A DNA stretch of 63,830 bases, filler included, from Limisphaerales bacterium (GCA_044225505.1; 8 parts of 8 records of this genome joined end to end with filler, not necessarily neighbours in it); one strand, 5' to 3'; positions 1 through 7,505 are shown, numbered from the whole stretch's first letter. The notes: a model not told the origin generated them from the letters alone. Program-made: numbers and translations.

Positions 1-83
1 ATCACGGGCAGCTTCAACGGGTCCGAGGAGGGCGTCGCCGCCCCTGCCCCTTCGGATGACTGGATTGGCGCGGCGGTGTTCAT
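1..83 (-). CDS. Partial CDS (N-terminus only, runs off the window), possibly a paralog of the 4929 and 43552 genes
   Basis: Reads MNTAAPIQSSEGAGAATPSSDPLKLPV; resembles the low-complexity start of the 4929 gene (MNAPDPATRVSETPSSESNLPLALPG). Only 27 codons are visible. Confidence 0.3.
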   Translation of the reverse strand, partial: MNTAAPIQSSEGAGAATPSSDPLKLPV

Positions 84-406
84 GGCAATGCGCGTGCCCG
101 GCGGCAACACGTAGTTCAGCGATTGTTCGCTCTGGACCGTTTGCGTGGACGATTCCTTCGGATTTTCTGATTGTGCCAGGTGCACGGCATTGCTTACCCC
201 GGGCCGGCGAATCAGAGTCCAGGCGCGGCCGCCTTGCTGCCCCCGGGGAACTGCGCAGCCGAAAAGGGCCAGCAACACGAACCCAAGCGTGCAGGCGAGG
301 GTTGGCCAGAGTGAAAAACGAATTTGCAGTCGTTGGACTGTGAGGGAATGACCCGGGCCGCGTTGCCTGGTGGAGGTCCAAATGGCACGCGGAGCTTGGA
401 TGGTTT

Positions 407-580
407 TCATAGAGTATTCCTTCGTCGGCCAAAAAGTTTGCCCTTTTGCCGCACCACGCGCAGGTAACGCAGAAGGACCGCGCCAAAGCCCGTGAAGGCC
501 AGCGCCAGCCAGGATCGTTTGTCCGTCTGAATGACCACCATGGTCGGTCGTGCACGACGAGGTTCTTTGTTGGATTTCAT
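407..580 (-). CDS. Small membrane protein (57 aa, one hydrophobic segment, basic C-terminus)
   Basis: MKSNKEPRRARPTMVVIQTDKRSWLALAFTGFGAVLLRYLRVVRQKGKLFGRRRNTL; co-oriented with and downstream of the 765-1331 gene. Confidence 0.45.
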   Translation of the reverse strand: MKSNKEPRRARPTMVVIQTDKRSWLALAFTGFGAVLLRYLRVVRQKGKLFGRRRNTL

Positions 581-590
581 GGAGTGCTTC

Positions 591-677
591 AATTGTCCGC
601 GGCCGTCATGCTCGGAGGCAGGGTCGCTTGGAAGTTGAGAGGAGTAATTGGGAGCCGTGGACCGTCCGCGGACAATT
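591..677. other. Long imperfect hairpin just upstream of the small membrane ORF
   Basis: Perfect 12-bp inverted repeat AATTGTCCGCGG (591-602) / CCGCGGACAATT (666-677), extending imperfectly inward. Confidence 0.55.
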
Positions 678-764
678 TAAAGAGAGAGAGGGGTTGGGCT
701 TGGCAGGAAACGACATGAACCTGGCCGAGACATTCTCCCAACCCCAGGTCAACGCATCGCTGAC

Positions 765-1331
765 CTAACTCCGGGACTGAGTCCGAGTGCTCTTGTGCCC
801 GGGACGATCGGTGGCCGAGACTTCGATGGAGACCGCTTGCCCTTGGGTGAGATTGGTCGTCGTCGTATACGACCAGGTCGCCGTGCCCATCGTCAACGTG
901 GCGGCGCCCTGCTCGATCACAGCCCCACCCTGATCGCGAATGACGACCGTCACTCCCCGCACTTCCACATCGTCACTGGCGCGGATCCGAATCTTCTCGC
1001 CCGTCTTGCCGCTGTAGGAGGCCAGATCGATTTCGTCGACCGCGGGCGGGTTGAGGAAATCGCCCACCGTCACCGCAAACACCGATTGGGCGCGGCGATC
1101 GGCCACATCCGCGTAGATCTCCTTGGCCTCCGGGTCCATCATGACGGCATTGCCGTACAGAACCGCCAATCGGAATCGATCCTGTTGCGCCACCTGGTTC
1201 GCCGTCGGTTCGATTCCTGTCCGATCGGGCATCCGGCACACGATCTCTTCGTGATGGAATTGTTTGAAGACCAGGTCGCCTACTTTGCCTTGGATCGCTT
1301 CGAGCACGGGATTGAGTTTTACTTTAGCCAT
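765..1331 (-). CDS. Uncharacterised protein: basic N-terminal GKVGxLV / TxxQxxxxxRF region plus C-terminal Ig-like beta domain (paralog 1)
   Basis: 188-aa ORF MAKVKLNPVLEAIQGKVGDLVFK...PTANQVAQQDRFRLAVLY...DFLNPPAVDEIDLASYSGKTGEKIRIRASDD...ATDRPGH; colinear along its whole length with 1689-2279. Confidence 0.85.
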   Translation of the reverse strand: MAKVKLNPVLEAIQGKVGDLVFKQFHHEEIVCRMPDRTGIEPTANQVAQQDRFRLAVLYGNAVMMDPEAKEIYADVADRRAQSVFAVTVGDFLNPPAVDEIDLASYSGKTGEKIRIRASDDVEVRGVTVVIRDQGGAVIEQGAATLTMGTATWSYTTTTNLTQGQAVSIEVSATDRPGHKSTRTQSRS

Positions 1332-1381
1332 AGTGCTTCCGTCTTTCCTTTCCGTGAAAGACAACCTCCTTTATTTTGGGA

Positions 1382-1466
1382 GCGTTCGGCGTATCAGTGA
1401 TCACTCGGAAAGGAGCGGTGGTTCTCTGGAGAGAAACCCGCCCTTGGAGCGGATACGCCGGAGCGC
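1382..1466 (-). other. Putative structured leader (closing stem plus three hairpins) upstream of the 765-1331 gene
   Basis: GCGTTCGGCGTATC (1382-1395) pairs with GATACGCCGGAGCGC (1452-1466) and encloses three short hairpins. Folded by eye only. Confidence 0.35.
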
Positions 1467-1525
1467 AAGGTCGTCTATCAGAACGGACGCTTCTAATGCC
1501 CCTTTTATGCCGAATAAGCTTTGGT

Positions 1526-1536
1526 GATTATAGTCC
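1526..1536. promoter_or_regulatory. C-box-like site GATTATAGTCC (inverted copy of the core at 3008 and 6138)
   Basis: Exact reverse complement of GGACTATAATC; about 195 bp upstream of the 1331 start codon. Confidence 0.35.
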
Positions 1537-1688
1537 TCAACCCAAGCTCACCGGCCTTAACTCTCGCGCCGCCATATTGCCTTGTTCCTGGACGCCCCTG
1601 TCTTGGAATAGGACTCCCCACAGGACACTCTACAGCCGCTCAAGCGGCCGTATCTCTTGCGCCTGGTTCCTGGCTAAACGACTTCTGT

Positions 1689-2279
1689 TCAAGGAGCTGC
1701 AGGTTCGAGCAGTGCATAGTCGACCTTGGACGTCACCACGTTGCCCGGACGGTCCATGGCCGTCGCCAGGACGACCACCGTTTGGCCCTGGGAAATCGTG
1801 CCTTGAGTCCAATAAATGAAGCGGCCGCTCGCCTCCTCCCTCTCCAAAGCCGGCCCTTGTTCGAAAAGGTTGCCGGTCAAATCGCGAATCTCGACCTGGA
1901 CGCGGAACAGTTCGAAGTTATCGGACGCTTGCACGACGATCGGCTGCTGCGCAGCTCCAGTATAGCTGGTGAGCTCAATGCCGTGAATGATCGGTGGCAC
2001 CAGAAAATCGGCCGTCGCCAGGTCGCACGCGCGTTTGCCGCGCAACCGGGCCGCGCGACGGTAAATCGCACGCAGTTCCGGAGTAGCGAGCGCATCGCGC
2101 ATGTATCGGATGGCTTTGGCGAATTGACCTTGGCTCCGCTTCTCGGCTGGAGTGGATTCCGCGGTGTGCACAGGTCGACGGCGGACGATGACTCGATCAT
2201 TTGGGTAAGTCGCGTAAACGAGGTTGCCGATTTTTCCCCGGAACACGCCCGCGGACGGATTAGGACGAACGGTTGCCAT
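1689..2279 (-). CDS. Uncharacterised protein, paralog 2 of the 765-1331 gene
   Basis: MATVRPNPSAGVFRGKIGNLVY...STPAEKRSQGQFAKAIRY...DFLVPPIIHGIELTSYTGAAQQPIVVQASDN...AMDRPGN; AAGGAG ribosome-binding site upstream. Confidence 0.85.
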   Translation of the reverse strand: MATVRPNPSAGVFRGKIGNLVYATYPNDRVIVRRRPVHTAESTPAEKRSQGQFAKAIRYMRDALATPELRAIYRRAARLRGKRACDLATADFLVPPIIHGIELTSYTGAAQQPIVVQASDNFELFRVQVEIRDLTGNLFEQGPALEREEASGRFIYWTQGTISQGQTVVVLATAMDRPGNVVTSKVDYALLEPAAP

Positions 2280-2342
2280 AATTTTTATGCTCCTTGATTG
2301 CCTCGGTTGAGCGGCAGTTTCCGTGCCTTTTTTCTTAGAGCA

Positions 2343-2452
2343 GGACCGCAGCTGTGTCGCAGACCAGCCGCAGCCTTGTTCATCTCAGCCATTCATCCCT
2401 GCGGCATTAAGCACTTATTCTGCGGCTGATCCTTCGGATACAACCGCGCCCC
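2343..2452. repeat. REP-like palindromic pair (family A)
   Basis: GGACCGCAGCTGTGTCGCAGACCAGCCGCAGC ... CTGCGGCTGATCCTTCGGATACAACCGCGCCCC; a related half-copy lies at 5647-5681. Confidence 0.6.
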
Positions 2453-2477
2453 GTAACTCGCGATCCCTTTCGCTCAC

Positions 2478-2577
2478 ATCCCAGTCCAAACCCAGTCTAA
2501 TCCCACTCATATCCCAGTCAGGAACGGCCATTGAGTGGGATTGGAACGCGATTGGATTGGGGGATTCTGAGTTGGAT
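2478..2577. repeat. Palindromic array of 11-bp units (consensus ATCCCAGTCCA)
   Basis: ATCCCAGTCCA AACCCAGTCTA ATCCCACTCAT ATCCCAGTCAG, a 9-bp spacer, then four inverted degenerate units (TTGAGTGGGAT TGGAACGCGAT ...). Confidence 0.85.
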
Positions 2578-2581
2578 ACTA

Positions 2582-2647
2582 AAAGTGGCAGAGCCGTCTC
2601 GGCTCTGGTTTTCCCCTGGCCCTGCGGCGAGACGCCGCAGCCACTTT
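2582..2647. repeat. REP-like palindrome (family B)
   Basis: AAAGTGGC...GCCACTTT closing stem with two internal hairpins (CAGAGCCG-TCT-CGGCTCTG and CTGCGGCG-AGA-CGCCGCAG). Confidence 0.65.
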
Positions 2648-2711
2648 AGTCTCAGAGTTTCAGAGTCTCAGAGTCTCAGAGTTTCAGAGTTTCAGCGTAT
2701 CAGCTTTTCAG
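2648..2711 (+). repeat. Octamer tandem repeat, about 8 units of AGT(T/C)TCAG
   Basis: AGTCTCAG AGTTTCAG AGTCTCAG AGTCTCAG AGTTTCAG AGTTTCAG CGTATCAG CTTTTCAG. Confidence 0.9.
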
Positions 2712-2737
2712 AGCTTCCGCTCCTCGCCGAGACTAAG

Positions 2738-2826
2738 ATGCCGGAGGCATGACTGAAAGTAGCTCGGACGCTTTAGCGCCGAGAATCAAACGTCCAAGGA
2801 GATTAGCCCCGACGAGGGGCGACTGA
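2738..2826. repeat. REP-like triple-hairpin element (family C)
   Basis: ATGCCGGAGGCAT, CTCGGACGCTTTAGCGCCGAG and GCCCCGACGAGGGGCGACTGA; same layout as the element starting at 52549. Confidence 0.6.
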
Positions 2827-2848
2827 TCCTTGCGAGAGGAAGGATAGC

Positions 2849-2990
2849 GAATACGATTAAGATCAAGAGCAAGAACAGGATTACGATACCGATACCGACC
2901 CCGACCCCGATTCGAAACGAGAAAAACCCTGTCGCGGTCAGCGACCACGTCAATTTCAGCGTTTCAGAGTTTCAGCGTTTCAGCTTTTCC
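2849..2990 (+). repeat. Composite repeat copy A (GA-initial hexamer run, GTCAGCGACCAC, TTTCAG octamers)
   Basis: Eleven GAnnnn hexamers (e.g. GATTAC GATACC GATACC GACCCC GACCCC), then CGAGAAAA, GTCAGCGACCAC and TTTCAGCGTTTCAG...CTTTTCC; homologous to 5740-5855. Confidence 0.85.
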
Positions 2991-3006
2991 CCAAGTCCCT
3001 CTGCTG

Positions 3007-3021
3007 CGGACTATAATCCTC
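3007..3021. promoter_or_regulatory. C-box-like site CGGACTATAATCCTC
   Basis: 15-bp exact match to 6137-6151; contains TATAAT; about 285 bp upstream of the helicase gene. Confidence 0.5.
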
Positions 3022-3304
3022 GGTACATCAGCTGCTAACCTGTTTTTCCGTCGGAGATAACCGCTCCCGCTTGCGTGAGCCTCTCCTCAGGGACGGGTTT
3101 CGTCATCGCGAACACCCGCACACCATGAGCACAAGTCACCGCGGGACTGTTCCCTTCGGAACGCTGGAATCTCCAACTCAAGGAGTCGTGTTATGCAGAA
3201 TGTCATGCCGGTTCGAAATGCTTTCGATGCTAACTGAGGCACCGACGCGCGTTCGTCATTGAGATTCGGCGCGCTTCAACTAAAGCCCTCGTTCCATCGT
3301 TTCG

Positions 3305-4762
3305 ATGGATTCCCTTCCTCCGCATAGCCCCGAGGCCGAGCGTGGCGTGCTCGGTTGCTGCTTGATTGACATCGCCAAGGCCGCCCTGGCCGTGAAGGCC
3401 GGCGTGACGCCGCGTTGGTTTTACGACGCCCGGCACGCGGAGATTTTTGGCGTTCTCACAGACATGGCCGCGAGTGGAGTGGGCGATCCACTCATCGCGG
3501 GCCTTCGCTTGCGCGATCGGGGCAAATTAGACGCCGTCGGCGGGTTTCCTTATCTTGGGGAACTGCAAAGCGCCGTTCCCAGCGCCGAAAATTTCGATTA
3601 CTACCTCCCTGAACTCCGAGACCGGTTCCAACGCCGGCAAGTGATCGACGCCGCCACGCGCCTGCGCATGTTGGCTAGTGAAGAATCGATCGACTCGGCC
3701 GTGGTTCTGGCGGACACGAAATCCTTGCTTGAGCGGTTGCACAGGCAAGCGGGCGGCCATGCCTTGCCTGAGATTGTGCCGGCCACAGCGCTGCTGGAAA
3801 CGGAAATGGTTCCACCGGCCGAACTCGTCTTGGGCGTCCTCCATGCCGGGAACAAGTTGATCCTGGGCGGGGCATCCAAGAGCTACAAAACCTGGAGCCT
3901 CATCGACCTGGCGGTCTCTGTCGCCACTGGATCCCCGTGGCTCGGCTTTCCCACTCGGCCCGGGAAAGTCCTCTACGTCAACCTCGAGATCCAGACCGCA
4001 TTCTTCCGGCAACGCATCGCGCAGGTCGTGGAAGCGAAGGGGGTGGACCCACCCGAGCGGTTGGAAGTGTGGAACTTGCGAGGCTGGGCGGCGGACTATC
4101 GCGTCTTGGTGCCGAAAATCCAGGAACGAATCCGCGACGAGCACTACGCCATGGTGATCTTGGATCCCACCTACAAACTGCTCGGAACCGCCGACGAAAA
4201 CAGCGCCACCGACATCAGCGCGCTCTTGAACACCATCGAGGCCCTGGCGGTCGGGACCGGGGCCGCTGTCGCGATGGCCGGGCATTTCGCCAAAGGCAAC
4301 GCTTCCAGCAAAGAGACTATCGACCGGATCAGCGGCAGCGGCGTCTTCGCGCGCGATCCGGACAGTTTGATCATTTTCACCCGGCATGAAGAAGAAGGCG
4401 CCTTCACCGTGGAGATGGTCTTGCGCAACCTGCCGCCCGTGCCGTCGTTTGTGGTGCAGTGGGAACATCCCTGTTTTCGCGCGAATGCCGAGCTCGATCC
4501 GAGTCGACTCAAATCCAAGGTGGGACGGCCACGCAAACACACCGCGGAGAGTCTCCTGGCGGTGCTCGGTGACCAACGCCTCACCAGCGGCCAATGGAAG
4601 AAGCTGGCCATGACCGAAGAAGGCGTCACGCACGCCCGCTTTTTTGAGCTGCTCAAAGAACTTCAGAAAGGCCAAAAGGTGCTCAAATCCGTCATTGACG
4701 GAAAATGGGAGCAAACTCGGAGACAGTCCCAATATTCCAACCATGAAAATGAGCCGTTTTAA
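3305..4762 (+). CDS. Mobile-element replicative helicase: DnaB N-terminal domain fused to a RepA-like (AAA_25) SF4 ATPase and a probable C-terminal winged helix
   Basis: PPHSPEAERGVLG (DnaB N-terminus), Walker A-like GASKSYKT, KVLYVNLE, Walker B VILDP, HFAKG and SGSGVFARDPD. Confidence 0.85.
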   Translation: MDSLPPHSPEAERGVLGCCLIDIAKAALAVKAGVTPRWFYDARHAEIFGVLTDMAASGVGDPLIAGLRLRDRGKLDAVGGFPYLGELQSAVPSAENFDYYLPELRDRFQRRQVIDAATRLRMLASEESIDSAVVLADTKSLLERLHRQAGGHALPEIVPATALLETEMVPPAELVLGVLHAGNKLILGGASKSYKTWSLIDLAVSVATGSPWLGFPTRPGKVLYVNLEIQTAFFRQRIAQVVEAKGVDPPERLEVWNLRGWAADYRVLVPKIQERIRDEHYAMVILDPTYKLLGTADENSATDISALLNTIEALAVGTGAAVAMAGHFAKGNASSKETIDRISGSGVFARDPDSLIIFTRHEEEGAFTVEMVLRNLPPVPSFVVQWEHPCFRANAELDPSRLKSKVGRPRKHTAESLLAVLGDQRLTSGQWKKLAMTEEGVTHARFFELLKELQKGQKVLKSVIDGKWEQTRRQSQYSNHENEPF

Positions 4763-4774
4763 CAAGGGGAATAT

Positions 4775-4860
4775 CGAAAGTCCCGAAAGTCCCAAAATCC
4801 ATTTCCGGACTGGCAGTCCCGAAAGTCCCGAAACCTTTTAAGTTTCGGGACTAACGGGAC
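4775..4860. repeat. Iteron-like 9-bp repeats (CGAAAGTCC) with an inverted copy; putative replication origin
   Basis: CGAAAGTCC CGAAAGTCC CAAAATCC ... AGTCC CGAAAGTCC CGAAAC-CTTTTAA-GTTTCGGGACT, starting 13 bp after the helicase stop codon. Confidence 0.65.
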
Positions 4861-4928
4861 CAAGCCCGTTCTTAGAAGCAAGAAACCACGTTCTTCAGAA
4901 CCAAAAATACCTCAATCCAAACCGAAAA

Positions 4929-5640
4929 ATGAATGCTCCAGACCCTGCCACTCGCGTCTCGGAAACGCCAAGCTCCGAATCCAACTTGCCTCTCGCACTG
5001 CCGGGCGCGGCCGCTGGCTCCGCCTCGCCGGCTCCATCGACCGCGCCTTCGGTCAGTTGCTTGGGGACCGTCGATATCCTGACCGACAACGAAATGATCA
5101 GCTCCTGGAGTGCCCGAATCGATCATCCGCAGTGGTTGGGAATCGTTTGTGCGCGTGGGACTGGCCTTGGTGCGCATTCGGGACGGGCGTTTGTATCGAA
5201 ACGATTTTGAGTACCTTTGAAGTTTATTGCCAGGCCAAGTGGCGTTACGGCCGGCGTTACGTAAATCTGCTGATCTCGGCGTCTGAGCACTTTGGGAACG
5301 GACCGTTCCCAAAGTGTGCCCGAAAACGAGTGGCAAGTCCGGCCGTTGATCGGATTGACGCCGGAACAGGCGCTGCTCGCTTGGGAATGCGCGGTGCGAA
5401 TCGCCAGATCCGGCCGCGTCACGGCTGGTGTGGTCGGGCGGGCCATTAAAGAGCTCAGGTTCGCACCGCAGCAACGGATCCTTCAACCCCGGCTGAGCAA
5501 AGTGGCACGGCGTCGAATGATTACGGATGGTTTTGGTGAACTGTTGACCCTGCTGCGCCGAATCCCCGCGGAATTATTGGTGGAAAAGGCCGAAGCGTTG
5601 CACGGTCAGTTGATGGCACTTTTGGTGAAGAGTTGGAACG
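4929..5640 (+). pseudogene. Multiply frameshifted paralog of the 43552-44247 putative DNA-binding protein (end approximate)
   Basis: Joining frames gives ...ESIIRSGWESFVRVGLALVRIRDGRLYRNDF / STFEVYCQAKWRYGRRYVNLLISA / PENEWQVRPLIGLTPEQALLAWECAVRIARSGRVTA..., which aligns with the 43552 protein; at least four shifts. Confidence 0.75.
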
Positions 5641-5646
5641 GTTTAC

Positions 5647-5855
5647 GGAGCGCGACTGTGTGCTCTGAGCACCAGTCGCAGAGTGCGGACCGAAGTCTTC
5701 GTTGCATAGAGTTGGAAAACGGTGAAGTCCAGGAAGAGCGAGTAGGATTACGATTACGATTACGATTACGATTCCGACCCCGATGCGGAGCGAGAAAACC
5801 GTCAGCGACCACTTCTCTCTTCGCTTTTTTCAGCGTTTCAGTTTTCAGCTTTTCC
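5647..5855 (+). repeat. Family-A REP half plus composite repeat copy B
   Basis: GGAGCGCGACTGTGTGCTCTGAGCACCAGTCGCAG, then (GATTAC)4 GATTCC GACCCC, CGAGAAAACC, GTCAGCGACCAC and TTTCAGCGTTTCAGTTTTCAGCTTTTCC. Confidence 0.8.
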
Positions 5856-5858
5856 TCT

Positions 5859-6116
5859 TCACACCGGCTCTGGGACGGGTAAATCGCGGGTCAAAGTGCC
5901 AAGGTCCATATCCAACGTCTCGGCCAGGTCGCAAAGAGTGATCACGGAAGGGTTGCGCGTGCCGCGTTCGATCCCGCCGACATAGCTGCGGTCGACATCC
6001 GATTTCAAGGCAAGGTCCTCCTGCGAGAGGCCCCTGGCTTTGCGGGCCCTACCGAATCCGATCCCTAACACCCAGTGACGCTGATCGCCTCAAAGTTGGC
6101 GGCGATCATCTGCCAT
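5859..6116 (-). pseudogene. XRE-family HTH regulator resembling a restriction-modification controller (C) protein, 5' end damaged
   Basis: RKARGLSQEDLALKSDVDRSYVGGIERGTRNPSVITLCDLAETL is a typical HTH_3 motif. ATG at 6116 is followed by an in-frame TGA at codon 9, and the expected DRIR lies in another frame. A GTG start at 6071 could still give 70 aa. Confidence 0.7.
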
Positions 6117-6118
6117 CA

Positions 6119-6153
6119 GTGCCGGACGAACGTCCACGGACTATAATCCTCAT
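6119..6153 (-). promoter_or_regulatory. 35-bp C-box-like operator upstream of the XRE gene
   Basis: Minus strand ATGAGGATTATAGTCCGTGGACGTTCGTCCGGCAC; the TATAGTC-CGTG core resembles C.Esp1396I/C.AhdI-type operators as I recall them. Confidence 0.6.
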
Positions 6154-6873
6154 TTTGGAAGAACAACGAGGTCGATCGATACCGCCCGACACTTCACTGC
6201 CGCTTCCCACCACTGCCTCTGCAACCGGTAATCAGCGCGTAAACACAGCGCAAGTAGTTTATCGTGCGGCATTAGCTCCTGCGCTCCGCCCAGTTGATGA
6301 GTGCCGGTGGACCTCCACCACTTTTCCGAGAGGGCCAATACCGCCGTTGGCGACAGGTTCCAGATGACAAAGTTCAACCCTCATTCGGCAATCGTGGAAG
6401 TCTTTGCGGGTCGTACCGGTGATTGGCACCCCAGCGTGATCTCCTGGAAGTACTTCCATCCGCCTAGGGCTGCAAACTTTCTGAGAAGATTTGAAAGATC
6501 TGGCCAGCGAGCTCCGTATCTCAGGGTGAAGTCCAAGACATGCAGAATGACAAAAGCTCAGCAAACGTGGATGTGCTGGATGTCTCATCTAGACCGGGCG
6601 ATGCCTATTGCCGACGTTCCAGTCGGAGCGACAATAAATCAGCGATTCGCACACCGACGTTGGGTCCTGTCGCATTTTCTTCTGGCCAACCCGATCCACG
6701 GTTGCTACGAACAAGAATCTCATCAAGGAAGCCACCGTCAGCACCCTCCTTGTCGGGATACCAAGCAGGAGATTTGATGCAATGCTGCGTCGCGCGGGCG
6801 GATGAGAAAAGAGGAGCCCTAGCTCTCGGCCGGTTCTCGGCGAGTGCGACCATTTTGGCGCCATCCTTCAACC

Positions 6874-7137
6874 ATGGCGATTTTGTCGAATCAGGGCGGC
6901 CATTCGGCCGATGTGAAAATGCGACTGCTGGTCAACGGCCGCTCGCTCGCCGTTGCCCAGATGGGGCCAGACTTTTTATTCGTAGACACACCATTCGAGC
7001 ATCCGCCCGGCCAGGCCAGCCTGACGTTGCAAGTCGATTACAGCCAGCGCACTTGGGAAGTTCATTTGCCACAAGGTATTACAGCGAAGTCAAAACGGAT
7101 TTTGATTGCACCGACTCCATCGTCGCTGTCCGGCTGA
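6874..7137 (+). CDS. Small beta-rich hypothetical protein (87 aa)
   Basis: MAILSNQGGHSADVKMRLLVNGRSLAVAQMGPDFLFVDTPFEHPPGQASLTLQVD...; compact globular-looking ORF resembling small PVC-bacteria hypotheticals. Confidence 0.65.
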   Translation: MAILSNQGGHSADVKMRLLVNGRSLAVAQMGPDFLFVDTPFEHPPGQASLTLQVDYSQRTWEVHLPQGITAKSKRILIAPTPSSLSG

Positions 7138-7302
7138 GGCTTGAAAGCAAGCTCGTCGATGTCTGCCCGTCCGTGCTGGCACGCCGATCAAATCGGTATC
7201 CGAAGAGTGCTGAAATAGCTGTTCGTGATCATCGCCAACGGCTTGGGCAATCGGAATTCCACCGGTGGGAAGTCAATGGATTCAGAGCCAACGAATAAGT
7301 TC

Positions 7303-7493
7303 ATGAGTCAAGTCACGTTCAGTGATTTCTTCAAGGCGGCAACGGACGGAAACGCGCCTTACGATTACCAATGCCGCTTGGCGTGCGACGAGTGCGTCGC
7401 GTTTGTAAGATGTGAAACTCTAAGAAATCCTCAAATTTACTGACCACAGCCTATCAACATCCACACAGGCCTTGGAGATACCACGGCTAAATG
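7303..7493 (+). pseudogene. Relic N-terminus of a second Cas3-like helicase
   Basis: MSQVTFSDFFKAATDGNAPYDYQCRLA (Q-motif region), a stop, then in-frame INIHTGLGDT (decayed PTGLGKT Walker A). Confidence 0.6.
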
Positions 7494-7505
7494 ACGTTCC
7501 TTCTC

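Noticed and set aside
1382..1466. Possible tRNA gene
   Set aside because: No T-loop TTC motif, no D-loop GG and no 7-nt anticodon loop; kept only as a putative leader structure.
2343..2990. Possible CRISPR array belonging to cas3
   Set aside because: No constant 25-40-bp repeat separated by unique spacers here or anywhere else I could see; only short tandem and palindromic repeats.
3527..4795. Long antisense or overlapping ORFs (this 422-aa one, also 8938-10206, 13073-14014, 795-1400 and 1521-2297)
   Set aside because: Shadows of well-supported genes on the opposite strand in GC-rich DNA, with no motifs of their own.
5606..5882. RLRLRLR and RNRNRNR peptides in the ORF track
   Set aside because: Translations of the (GATTAC)n repeat; similarity to the 43552 paralog ends near 5640.
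6160..6860. Several 75-250-aa ORFs between the C-box and the 6874 gene
   Set aside because: No recognisable motif or consistent frame; may be a decayed gene but I cannot support a call.
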